Positions 8,095-17,119 of a DNA stretch of 32,000 bases are shown one piece after another; the stretch's first letter is position 1; every line of letters starts with the position of its first letter. The notes under the pieces were generated by a model. The model was not told the origin of the DNA and made no database searches. It was given only the letters and a program-made list of their open reading frames with translations. The position numbers and the translations under genes are program-made. The stretch is from Flavobacteriales bacterium (lineage in GTDB: Bacteria; Bacteroidota; Bacteroidia; Flavobacteriales_F; PHOS-HE28), in assembly GCA_016704485.1 (NCBI GenBank), contig JADJAA010000002.1:1289245-1321244 (forward strand), written 5' to 3'.

Positions 8095-9105
8095 ATGCGA
8101 AACACATACACGATCACCACTACTCTTCTCGCCCTCATCTGTATACTATCACTTCTTGGTGGCTGCAAGAAGGACGACAACACACCAACTCCGATCAGCA
8201 ATGGGAACGGGAATGGCACTCCAATTTCCGCCAATGGGTTGGTGACGAGTTGGAACCCGGTGAAACCCTATCCCGACCAAGTGATCACGCTACACGGCGG
8301 TCCGTTCAATACGGACCCGGCTCAAAATATCGTTGACGCATGGGGTGGGATCTTCACTATCATAAGCGTGAATGACTCCGTGCTCGTTGTACAGCCACCG
8401 TCCAATATGGAAGAGGACTACATTACGCCGGGTGGCTTCACGAGCCTGATCATCCAAAGTGGGAATTCCATTGATACCATCCCCTACATCCATTGGAAGC
8501 GCATGGTACATGTCTACCACATGGTGGACAACATCAGCGAAAATGTGTTCGGGCAACCATGCCGCGTTGGAGATTCCATACTGTTCGCGGGATCTGGCTT
8601 TACCACCAACGGCTTGGGGGTCGTGGTAGCCGGCAGCACCGTTCAAACACCATCCGCTGTTGACAGTGGCTATCATTGCGAGGCATCCTTACGCCTACCT
8701 CCGGATGTATTCGGGTATAACGAAGATGAATCCATCATAGAGAACCACGACATCACGATCGTGAACAGTGACGGCCGCACGGGCACCTTGACCTTACCGA
8801 TCGGCATTTCGCCAAGGGCCCGCGTAACAAGTTTCGACACACCGGTTTGTTGTTATAGTATCGCTGATATGGAACAAAACGGAACAGTGATCAACATCGA
8901 ACTGCGTGGTCACAATTTGAAACAATGCAACTCCGCACAGGTGTTGGGTCCCGTTACTGTACCGTTGCCACTACCAGCAACCTACAGCGACCATGTGAGC
9001 TGGGTACTAACTCCGCTCAACATTACACCGGGCAATTACACCATGACGATCAAAACCTGCACCGGCGGGCCACTTTCCACGGAGTATTTCACCGTTAACC
9101 CTTGA
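8095..9105 (+). CDS. Lipoprotein with IPT/TIG-like repeats (hypothetical surface protein).
   Basis: The 336-aa ORF has the lipoprotein signal MRNTYTITTTLLALICILSLLGGCKKDD. Three segments resemble IPT/TIG domains, for example VTSWNPVKPYPDQVITLHGGPF. Confidence 0.75.
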   Translation: MRNTYTITTTLLALICILSLLGGCKKDDNTPTPISNGNGNGTPISANGLVTSWNPVKPYPDQVITLHGGPFNTDPAQNIVDAWGGIFTIISVNDSVLVVQPPSNMEEDYITPGGFTSLIIQSGNSIDTIPYIHWKRMVHVYHMVDNISENVFGQPCRVGDSILFAGSGFTTNGLGVVVAGSTVQTPSAVDSGYHCEASLRLPPDVFGYNEDESIIENHDITIVNSDGRTGTLTLPIGISPRARVTSFDTPVCCYSIADMEQNGTVINIELRGHNLKQCNSAQVLGPVTVPLPLPATYSDHVSWVLTPLNITPGNYTMTIKTCTGGPLSTEYFTVNP

Positions 9106-9110
9106 TCGAA

Positions 9111-10712
9111 ATGAGATGCTTGCTTCCATTAGCATTATTGGCCACGTTGCACACAACGGCACAATGGAGTACCGATCCTGCCAACCCCATGGTGGTAAGC
9201 ACCATGGCCAATGCACCGCAACACTTAACCGCCATCGCCGATGCGGACAGTGGCTACTTCGCGTTCTGGAGTGACCTGCGCAACGATCCGTCAAAGGGCG
9301 ATCTCTATGGTCAGCATTTCGATAGTGACGGCAATGCGTTGTGGACCGCAGATGGCGAAATGTTGTTGACCAACCCGATCAAAAGCATCAATCAGTTAGC
9401 GCCATTGTTGATGCCCGACGGATCAGTGATCGTATCGTACCTGACCGGTAGCGGCACAGTGGGTGCCGACTCCGTGCGCGCCATGCGTTTCGATGCGAAT
9501 GCGAATGCACTTTGGGCCGAGCCTTCAGTACTGCTCACCGGTCTCGACTACCGGAGTTTAAAGGTGGTAGAGAGTGAAAGTTGTGCCTATTTGGTGGCGT
9601 ATTGTGAGGCCTGCGGCGGAGGCGGATATGGTTGCAAGATGCAGCGCGTGCGCATGGATGGCAGTGTGCAATTCCCTTTGATCGGGCAGACAACTGCTTC
9701 CAATTATTTCGGCCCGTTCACTATCCACCCCGATGGCGTTGGTGGCCTGCTCTTCAACATACGCTGCGCGAACGGGGCGGGAACCTGCTTGAAAACCCAG
9801 CGCTTCGATAGTCTCGGCTCAGCAGTGTGGCCGGCGTACATCGATCTGGCTGATGGTGATGGCCTGAGCTACGCATTTTCCACCGGGATGGACGATACCG
9901 GCGCACAAACAGCGGTGTGGGAAGTGAACGGCGACCTGCGCATGCACCGCATGGATACACTGGGTAATTCGTTGTGGTCGCCTGCTGTGCAAGTGGCTTG
10001 TGATCTGGCTGTGCATGTTCAACAGAAACCTGTAACCATTACAACCGACAATGAACTCTTCGTAGCCTGGGCTGACAACCGCCCACCGGCGGCAAGTCAA
10101 GATCTCTATATCCAGAGATTCGACCTGATGACCGGTTCGGAGCTGTGGGCTGCAGATGGCGTACCCGCGATCCAGATCAACTCTTATACGCCCGATCCAG
10201 GGTTGGTGCTTTCAGATAGTGGTTCGGTGATCGCCACTTTAGATGGTAACCTGGACGGCTACTCGGCAATGCGCGTCATGAACGATGGAACCCTTGCTTG
10301 GCCCGCGTCGGTGGTGTTCTGCCTTCCGTCTTTCAATCCAAACTTCGGCAACCGAATACACCTACCTGATAAGAATGGCGGCATGGTGGTGTTCTGGCAA
10401 GCATCCTCGGGCGGACTTTACGGCGCACGCGTTTATCGGAACGGAATTCTGTACAATGATGTGGGTATCGCGGAAGCAACTCCTTTAACCCGGATCACTG
10501 GATTTCCGAACCCGGCAGGTGATCGTATCTCCTTCAACCTACCAACTAATTCATATGTAATTAATATCGACCTGATGAATAATTTGGGAACTATCGTGCA
10601 ACGCATATCATCCGTCAACGAGATCGATCTCCGTGGACTTGCCACGGGTACCTACGCGGCCCGCATCCGCACATCGAATGGCGTGTACACTTCACGCTTC
10701 ATCAAATACTGA
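9111..10712 (+). CDS. Secreted protein with a T9SS (Por) C-terminal sorting domain.
   Basis: ATG 9111 gives the signal peptide MRCLLPLALLATLHTTAQ. The track's 9102 start is a TTG. The C-terminus FPNPAGDRISFNL...GLATGTYAARIRTSNGVYTSRFIKY is a typical T9SS tail. The body has repeated W/D/G-rich blades (DLYGQHFDSDGNALW, DLYIQRFDLMTGSELW). Confidence 0.85.
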   Translation: MRCLLPLALLATLHTTAQWSTDPANPMVVSTMANAPQHLTAIADADSGYFAFWSDLRNDPSKGDLYGQHFDSDGNALWTADGEMLLTNPIKSINQLAPLLMPDGSVIVSYLTGSGTVGADSVRAMRFDANANALWAEPSVLLTGLDYRSLKVVESESCAYLVAYCEACGGGGYGCKMQRVRMDGSVQFPLIGQTTASNYFGPFTIHPDGVGGLLFNIRCANGAGTCLKTQRFDSLGSAVWPAYIDLADGDGLSYAFSTGMDDTGAQTAVWEVNGDLRMHRMDTLGNSLWSPAVQVACDLAVHVQQKPVTITTDNELFVAWADNRPPAASQDLYIQRFDLMTGSELWAADGVPAIQINSYTPDPGLVLSDSGSVIATLDGNLDGYSAMRVMNDGTLAWPASVVFCLPSFNPNFGNRIHLPDKNGGMVVFWQASSGGLYGARVYRNGILYNDVGIAEATPLTRITGFPNPAGDRISFNLPTNSYVINIDLMNNLGTIVQRISSVNEIDLRGLATGTYAARIRTSNGVYTSRFIKY

Positions 10713-10719
10713 TCGTTCC

Positions 10720-10947
10720 ATGCACAGCTTGCTCTTCTCCGCATCGGTCCTCGCACTCATGCCCACCGGTTGCAAGAAGGACGATGATCCCGCACCCGAA
10801 GCAACAGGCCACGCAGCCCAGATATTCAGTGTGCCCTTACCGGGCATATTCACGTGGGTGGAAGATGCCACCACCATCAGCTATTTGCAGACGGACGACC
10901 TCGGTGGGCCCGTGTTCAAGGAACTAGGCTCAACATCATTTCGATGA
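10720..10947 (+). CDS. Small lipoprotein (75 aa), hypothetical.
   Basis: ATG 10720 lies in frame within track ORF 10633..10947. It gives MHSLLFSASVLALMPTGCKKDDDP, the same CKKDD lipobox context as the gene at 8095. It starts 7 nt after the preceding stop. Confidence 0.55.
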   Translation: MHSLLFSASVLALMPTGCKKDDDPAPEATGHAAQIFSVPLPGIFTWVEDATTISYLQTDDLGGPVFKELGSTSFR

Positions 10948-11339
10948 GTGACCAATCGCAGCAGGAGAATTGCCGCATGGAGATCATTGGTCGGGACATT
11001 GGTAATGGTCCGGTCGTTCATGATGTGAACTTGCAGGGCACTGAGGAGTGGTGGGTACACATTCAACAAGGCGGCCATCTGGTCCTGAAGCAAGTGGGCC
11101 TTGGTCTCAGCAGTACCGAAATGCCCGACTTCGGCGGATACTGGTGTTGGATCCGCAACAATAAAGGCACGCTGAACGGCAACCCTGTGTACGCGATGGA
11201 GAGCTTCACCTACCCCCGCATGTTCTGGTCCCTGGAAAGGCACACTATTGGGCACCAACCTCGTCTAACTCACTACACACGCGGACCCCGCGAGTGCGCA
11301 GGGCATCATTTTCAGGTAAGCGACCATGCGACTAGTTAG
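10944..11339 (+). CDS. Hypothetical protein (131 aa). It could instead be the 3' part of a frameshifted gene together with 10720-10947.
   Basis: ATG 10944 overlaps the upstream stop (ATGA at 10944-10947). The W-rich product contains MSDQSQQENCRMEIIGRD...GGYWCWIRNNKG. Third codon positions are G/C-rich, as in neighbouring genes. The part of the track ORF upstream of 10944 (MGGRCHHHQLFADGRPRWARVQG) looks non-coding. Confidence 0.5.
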   Translation: MSDQSQQENCRMEIIGRDIGNGPVVHDVNLQGTEEWWVHIQQGGHLVLKQVGLGLSSTEMPDFGGYWCWIRNNKGTLNGNPVYAMESFTYPRMFWSLERHTIGHQPRLTHYTRGPRECAGHHFQVSDHATS

Positions 11340-11973
11340 CCTCCTCTGCGTTATGCTGCTCGGTGTTTCATGTTCCGCGCAAACCCTGGATCTGCGCAAT
11401 GCACTTCCACAATGGGGCACATACACCACTGATCACCACTACCTGCCCGACTGGCAAGGCGAACACCTCCCCACATCCGGTGATCATTGGATCTGGAAGT
11501 TGGATTCACTGAATTGGACTTTCGAAAGCGAACACTCGGACACGGTTTGGCAGCATAGCAAAACCATAGCTCCAAAAGATGGAGGTCCGTTCAGCATCTA
11601 TCGGCAACGCGATCAACGCTACAGCTTCTACCACTTGAACGGTGATACACTACTCCAAGACAGTGCGTGGGCGCTCATCGAAGGAACCACGGAGATCTAC
11701 GATCCACCCTCGCCGCTTTGCTGGCATGGGCAAGCGCTCGGGGATAGTCTACAGTGGTTGGACCTTACTGCGATCACGGCACGTACAACCAAATTCAAAG
11801 CAACGCTTACTCTGATCACGCCGTGGGGCGAACTGAACGATCTCATCGTTTTCGAGGATCGTTTCCTGGATTACATCACCTACCGTATCCACCGGCGAGA
11901 TGATCCGGTGCGGGAAATTGGACGGTATGAGGTGCAGGATGGACTTTACCTCAATTGGCTTTCGGACTGGTAA
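11326..11973 (+). CDS. Secreted hypothetical protein (215 aa).
   Basis: The signal peptide is MRLVSLLCVMLLGVSCSAQ. The gene overlaps the preceding ORF by 14 nt. I recognise no family. Confidence 0.7.
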   Translation: MRLVSLLCVMLLGVSCSAQTLDLRNALPQWGTYTTDHHYLPDWQGEHLPTSGDHWIWKLDSLNWTFESEHSDTVWQHSKTIAPKDGGPFSIYRQRDQRYSFYHLNGDTLLQDSAWALIEGTTEIYDPPSPLCWHGQALGDSLQWLDLTAITARTTKFKATLTLITPWGELNDLIVFEDRFLDYITYRIHRRDDPVREIGRYEVQDGLYLNWLSDW

Positions 11974-12415
11974 GACATGTGTGGCTAACGGGTCGTGATG
12001 GGACAATGGTGATGTGCAATTATTCGAGCCGATAGTGTGCGAGACATTGCGATGAATTCTGCTCAGCGATTAGAAATGCTCAGATTCGAATGAGGGTATC
12101 TGTCCCAACGAAGACCACGTCATCCGGATAAGAGATCTTACCGCACATATAGAGATCAAGGTTCGAGTAACGCAACCACCAATTCTGCAACGAAGAGCTG
12201 AGAAATGGTTTTGCCAGTTGGCGTCGATACAGGTGAACCAATTGTACAGATGCCGAAGTTGATGGATCTCACCTTACTCCCACCTTCAGCACTTGTTACC
12301 CATGCCATGTATAAAGGAATGAGAGGTAGGTCCCTAGCGCTAGGCCATAGGTAGTCCGATCGACCCTCTGCTGGCCTTTGGATCTCATTCATTCGCTAAT
12401 GAGCTCAAGATCCTA

Positions 12416-12481
12416 GCCATCCACAGCATGCAACAAAACCAGCATGAAGGTGTTAGTGTTGAGATCGATCGCAATCAATGA
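12416..12481. repeat. Copy B of the 66-nt duplicated element (partner at 4601-4666).
   Basis: See copy A. This copy lies about 100 nt upstream of the gene at 12580, inside a gene-poor gap. Confidence 0.7.
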
Positions 12482-12579
12482 AGTACCGGAAACCACAGTC
12501 CGTAATTCAATGGTTCGACAAATCGATCAGATCCGTATTCATGTAAATTTGGGCCTATAACAGCCAAGTCGATCCGACC

Positions 12580-12987
12580 ATGAAGCACAAGATCGGAACC
12601 AAGGAAAAACCCATGCCTTTGAAGACTCCTCCGGGGTCTTCGGCCTATACCATGCATGTCGAAGAAAAAGAGGGGACTGAGATCCTTGTCTGCACGGTAG
12701 GCAAAACCGTACTGCATTATGATATCCGTTGCATCGACGACCTGCATGCCATGTTGAAGAAACACGGGGATTGGATGGACCTTGGTGGTGCGGATGAACA
12801 AAAACCTACGAAGGAGAACACCGTAGAGGATTGGGGGCGTTCGCCGAAGAATCCGATAAAAGGATGGTACGGCCTTAAGAAGGGCTACCGTGGTCGGTTC
12901 GGTGTCTACTTACCACCTTTGATGGAAGTGCTCGGGATAGCAGAACTCACGCACGACGCACGCAACAATAGGATGAAGGCGAAGTAG
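12580..12987 (+). CDS. Conserved hypothetical small soluble protein (135 aa).
   Basis: The ORF starts with ATG and has protein-like composition. The C-terminal segment GWYGLKKGYRGRFGVYLPPLMEVLGIAELTHDARNNRMKAK looks like a widely distributed uncharacterised family that I cannot name with certainty. Confidence 0.7.
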   Translation: MKHKIGTKEKPMPLKTPPGSSAYTMHVEEKEGTEILVCTVGKTVLHYDIRCIDDLHAMLKKHGDWMDLGGADEQKPTKENTVEDWGRSPKNPIKGWYGLKKGYRGRFGVYLPPLMEVLGIAELTHDARNNRMKAK

Positions 12988-13035
12988 GTGTTGGTCGATA
13001 TAAAGCGTACTGGATACTGCGGAATTGACCTGCTC

Positions 13036-13857
13036 TTAAGTTCCGCTCTGCAACACAAGCATCGGAGTTCGCGAATGCATGACCAATTTGGATGCAATAC
13101 TCCTGCGGAACAAACGATCAAAGACCCCGCGTTCTCGATGCACCAACGCCAATAGGTCGGCATTGCTCCGAACGACCTCTTCATTGAGTTCATTCATGAC
13201 ATCAACACCACTGAGATGGACCGTGGTGTGTGGTACATCGTGCAATGCATCAATAATTCCATTGGCCTTAGCAGGATCATCAACCTTGGTTTTCTCGTTC
13301 ACCACACGGGTTACGATCAACTCAGCGTTGGTATGCATAACGATCTGGATCAGAATATCCAACACCTTGGGGTCCACTTCGCCACCATCATCAGCGAGAA
13401 CGATCCGCTTAAGACCCGTATAACGTGCTTCCTCTGGTATTGCTAGAACAGGCAACCCTGAATGTTTGATAACATCGGCGGTATTCGTACCCATCAGAAC
13501 GGCTTTCATTCCAGTGGCGCCTTGGGTACCCATAACAACGAGTTCCGGAATATTCGCCCTACGACCATAATTCTGGACGACACGATCCAAACGTCCATGT
13601 TCACTTTCGTAATCGACCCTGAGGTCCTTGTTCGGAAGCACATTCAATAGTTTCAGTTGAAATGCGTCCAGTCCCTCTCTGGAGGCACGCGCTAAATGCT
13701 CAGTGATATCGACCATGGAACTATCGCCATATGCTGGCAGATCGTAACAATTCACCACAGTGTACAGGTGAACATTCTGAACAAAGAGGTCCATTGCGTA
13801 AAGCGCTGCGTTCAAGGAGTTATCGCTAAAGTCAGTAGGTATCAGTATGTGTTGCAT
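13036..13857 (-). CDS. Universal stress protein with tandem Usp domains.
   Basis: ATG 13857 gives MQHILIPTDFSDNSLNAALYA, a typical Bacteroidota UspA N-terminus. The track start at 13884 is a TTG extension. GTQGATG and a second Usp-like half are present. Confidence 0.85.
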   Translation of the reverse strand: MQHILIPTDFSDNSLNAALYAMDLFVQNVHLYTVVNCYDLPAYGDSSMVDITEHLARASREGLDAFQLKLLNVLPNKDLRVDYESEHGRLDRVVQNYGRRANIPELVVMGTQGATGMKAVLMGTNTADVIKHSGLPVLAIPEEARYTGLKRIVLADDGGEVDPKVLDILIQIVMHTNAELIVTRVVNEKTKVDDPAKANGIIDALHDVPHTTVHLSGVDVMNELNEEVVRSNADLLALVHRERGVFDRLFRRSIASKLVMHSRTPMLVLQSGT

Positions 13858-13964
13858 TGATCGTATTTGTCTTATTCGTTCCAACTTGGACAGTGGAGGT
13901 TTGTTTTAGTGTAAAGGCATTTCCGGACCCATTTTCACGGTATGATCCCAGTGCTTCGGCACAG

Positions 13965-14780
13965 TTATCGAGGACGCTCTGGTAGAACCAGCATGGGCAA
14001 CGAAGTGTGCAATGTCATTCGCTTCGCAGTGCTACCATGGAACAGCCTCTTCCAGAACCCCATCTGGCGGTGTACCACAGCAACCATTTGAATACGACCT
14101 TGCGTGGCGAGTTCATCTATGGTCTTTATCACATCATTCCCTTGCACGGTGAGAAACGAATGCTTCACACCGGTGAAAACATCTTCCAATTTTTTTCGGT
14201 CTGGCAGCAATTCCAGACCTGGCACGGTATAACGAACATGGGTGATGGCAATTTCTGCGTTACGGCGATCGACCAGTTCCAATAGAGGGTTCAGCGTAAA
14301 GCGATCAAGCTCCTTACCGTCATAGGCCAACATGATGCGTTCAACAGGTTCCGCCTTCCATTGTGCCGGCACGGTGATCACCGGAGCTGTGCAATCTGAT
14401 ACGACCGACCGCGCATTCTTACCCACCATTCCGTAATTACCTTCTCCTTGCGTGCCCATCACGACCATATCCACCCCTTTGCTTTCGTCCAGTTCATTGA
14501 GCAATCTCACCAACGAAACTCTCGAAACCTTACGGCCCAATTTCACATTCTTCGCGAATTTGCGGAGTATTCGTTCTACTCTGCGCGTTCGATTGATCGC
14601 TTCACGCTCGGGAATATCCCCTATGCTGGGTAGCAGCACATTATCATAAGAAGGCATGAGGTAGGTATGCACCAATATGAATTTATTGCCCTCGGTTCCG
14701 AAGAGGTCAAGAGCAAATTTTGCTGCGTTCAAAGCCGCATCGCTGAAGTCAGTAGGAAGAAGGATCGTTGCCATGTTCAA
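13965..14780 (-). CDS. Universal stress protein with tandem Usp domains.
   Basis: M(NM)ATILLPTDFSDAALNAAKFA and VVMGTQGEG are present, with two Usp halves. The start is either 14780 or 14774. Confidence 0.85.
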   Translation of the reverse strand: MNMATILLPTDFSDAALNAAKFALDLFGTEGNKFILVHTYLMPSYDNVLLPSIGDIPEREAINRTRRVERILRKFAKNVKLGRKVSRVSLVRLLNELDESKGVDMVVMGTQGEGNYGMVGKNARSVVSDCTAPVITVPAQWKAEPVERIMLAYDGKELDRFTLNPLLELVDRRNAEIAITHVRYTVPGLELLPDRKKLEDVFTGVKHSFLTVQGNDVIKTIDELATQGRIQMVAVVHRQMGFWKRLFHGSTAKRMTLHTSLPMLVLPERPR

Positions 14781-14917
14781 TTGTCTTTAATGCCTATTGT
14801 CGGAGGCAGTAAAAAGGTAGCTACTTTAACACATTCGAGAACTGACGGAAGTCATTCGATCAGCCATTGCATGGCAAGATCAATTCAAGTGGCGGTCGGA
14901 TCTCACATCCTTTACCA

Positions 14918-16210
14918 TCAGCGGAACCTTGTCCCGAACCGCTCCACGACAGACCGTTCCAATGCCTCCCGATGGTCCGGGTGCGCAACAGCGATCAACG
15001 CTTCCGCACGCTGGCGCAAATTCTTCCCGTACAGATAAGCCACGCCGAATTCAGTGACCACGTAATGCATGTGGGCACGCGTGGTCACAACACCAGCACC
15101 CTCCTTCAAGAACGGCACTATCTTGCTAATACCTTTTTTTGTCACCGATCCCATTGCAATGATGGGTTTTCCTTCTTTCGAAAGTGCAGCACCACGCATG
15201 AAATCAAGCTGGCCACCAACACCAGAATACTGGTATGTACCAATGCTATCCGCACATACCTGACCGGTCATATCCATTTCGATCGCGCTGTTGATCGCAA
15301 CCACTTTGGGGTTCTCACGGATCACTTTACCGTCATTCACATACTGTGCATCCAGAAATGCGAACTGCGGATTATCGTGAAGCAGATCGTATAAGCGTCT
15401 TGTACCGATCGCAAAGCTTGTGACCACCCTACCGGGATGTTTTTTCTTGAACCGGTTGTTGATCACGCCGCTTTCTACAAGTTCGATGATCCCGTTGGAG
15501 CACATCTCAGTATGTACGCCAAGATCCTTGTGCCCTTTCAGAGCGTTGAGAATTGCATCAGGAATAGCGCCGATCCCCATTTGCAAGGTCGATCCATTAT
15601 CGATCAATTCCGCGCAATTCCTGGCGATCTCTTTTTCACAGTCGCCAATGCTACCGCTATAATCCACTTCCGGCAATGGGTCGTTCACTTCGACCAAGGC
15701 TGCAAAACGATCAACATGAATGTTCCCCTCACCGTGAGTCCTGGGCATGTTCGGATTCACCTGTGCGATCAACATTTTTGCATTGCGAGAGGCCGAACGC
15801 GCCACATCAACCGATACGCCCAACGAACAAAATCCATGACGATCCGGTGGGGAGACATTGAGAATGGCAACATCCAACGGAAGTACGCCCTGTTCAAAAA
15901 GGCGCGGGATCTCACTGAGAAAGACAGGTACGTAATCGCCATACGCACTGTTCACGATCGATCGGATATTATCTGAAACGAATAACGAATTGAAAAAGAA
16001 GCTCTCACCAACAACCGGAACATCCGCTCCAATATCACCCAGAGTACTGATACTCACCAATTCCACATTCTTCAATTCACCTGCGCGTTGGAACAATGCT
16101 CTAAGGAGGGTAACCGGTGTCGCAGCGCTACCGTGAATGAATACACGCTGACCCGAACGCACTAACCCAACCGCCTCACTGGCCGACATCCAAACACCAC
16201 TTCGCTTCAT
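14918..16210 (-). CDS. Acetyl-CoA hydrolase/transferase family protein (4-hydroxybutyrate or succinyl CoA-transferase-like).
   Basis: The 430-aa ORF contains SGQRVFIHGSAATP, LQMGIGAIPDA and YSGVGGQLDFMRGA, which are characteristic of the family. Confidence 0.85.
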   Translation of the reverse strand: MKRSGVWMSASEAVGLVRSGQRVFIHGSAATPVTLLRALFQRAGELKNVELVSISTLGDIGADVPVVGESFFFNSLFVSDNIRSIVNSAYGDYVPVFLSEIPRLFEQGVLPLDVAILNVSPPDRHGFCSLGVSVDVARSASRNAKMLIAQVNPNMPRTHGEGNIHVDRFAALVEVNDPLPEVDYSGSIGDCEKEIARNCAELIDNGSTLQMGIGAIPDAILNALKGHKDLGVHTEMCSNGIIELVESGVINNRFKKKHPGRVVTSFAIGTRRLYDLLHDNPQFAFLDAQYVNDGKVIRENPKVVAINSAIEMDMTGQVCADSIGTYQYSGVGGQLDFMRGAALSKEGKPIIAMGSVTKKGISKIVPFLKEGAGVVTTRAHMHYVVTEFGVAYLYGKNLRQRAEALIAVAHPDHREALERSVVERFGTRFR

Positions 16211-16410
16211 GAAAAGTATCCAGCTGGATCAGTCTATCGTAATACCACCAAAGGTATTGGGTGAGCAACTCGGAAATCCTGTCGATCGTCAGGTTGAAAA
16301 CGAACGGAACCAAGTAGACTTGCTGAACACCATCAATGTGCGTTCACGTTAAAGAACACTTGGGAAAAGGAACGCTCTTCGAAATCACAACGAAACAAAC
16401 AACACAGACA

Positions 16411-16812
16411 ATGACAAGCACTGCAACCTATCAGGATATATACACAAGCCTTGGATACCTATTTTATAGCGTTGCCATCAGTGACGGCGCGGTGCGCAAA
16501 GTGGAAGTGGATCGATTGAAGGAACTGATCGCTGAAAAGTGGCTCCCACTGGAAGGTAGTCGTGACATTTTCGGGACGGATGCCGGGCACTACATCAGTA
16601 TCAGCTTCGACTTCGCGAATGACAGTGAATTAAGTCCCGACCAAGCATGGGAGCGTTTCGTGGACGACTATAAAGAGCACGGTACACGCTATGATGATAC
16701 CATGAAGCGCTTGACCTTCGAAACTGCCGCGGCCATTGCAAGCGTCTTTTCCGGGAATAACAAGTCCGAATTAAGTCGGCTTTTTCAATTGGAGCGTTTG
16801 TTGAAGAAGTGA
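16411..16812 (+). CDS. TerB-like (tellurite-resistance TerB family) small protein.
   Basis: ATG 16411 is in frame with the track ORF that starts at 16336. YTSLGYLFYSVAISDGAVRKVEVDRLKELI resembles the TerB / DjlA N-terminal-like fold. Confidence 0.6.
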   Translation: MTSTATYQDIYTSLGYLFYSVAISDGAVRKVEVDRLKELIAEKWLPLEGSRDIFGTDAGHYISISFDFANDSELSPDQAWERFVDDYKEHGTRYDDTMKRLTFETAAAIASVFSGNNKSELSRLFQLERLLKK

Positions 16813-16897
16813 GCCATACGTTCTCACCGCTCCAACCTTGCTTGGATCATAGTGATCGAACACAAGATCTTCGATCGCTTCGTTCTACCTTTACCCA

Positions 16898-17119
16898 ATG
16901 GCCTCGGAAAGTTCAGACCCAAGGATCCGTTTCGAAACAAAGGAGCAGAGCAATGAGCGCCGCCAGCGTGAATTCATGGCATTGACCCCGAATGAGCGCT
17001 TCATTTGGTTCTTGAACAGCTTTTACTCCAAGCTCCCGGACCCGAGCGGTCCAGATGCTGAACAAGTTGAGAAAGATGAGCGCAATTTTGTTATCCATAG
17101 GCGCAATGCGGCCATTTGA
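16898..17119 (+). CDS. Small hypothetical protein (73 aa).
   Basis: The ORF starts with ATG. It contains the charged segment ETKEQSNERRQREFMALTPNERFIWFL. It overlaps the downstream nucleotidyltransferase ORF by 14 nt. Confidence 0.35.
   Translation: MASESSDPRIRFETKEQSNERRQREFMALTPNERFIWFLNSFYSKLPDPSGPDAEQVEKDERNFVIHRRNAAI

Noticed and set aside
9102-9105. Apparent four-base start/stop overlap between the genes at 8095 and 9102.
   Set aside because: Position 9102 is a TTG. ATG 9111 gives a canonical signal peptide (MRCLLPLALLATLHTTAQ) and is the more likely start.
12156-12801. Minus-strand ORFs 12156..12392 (78 aa) and 12475..12801 (108 aa).
   Set aside because: The second is antisense to the well-formed gene at 12580. 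The first has no start context, no motif and odd composition. Both are treated as non-coding or relic sequence.
14867-15976. Plus-strand ORFs of 175 and 179 aa.
   Set aside because: They are antisense to the acetyl-CoA hydrolase/transferase gene, whose family motifs are clear.
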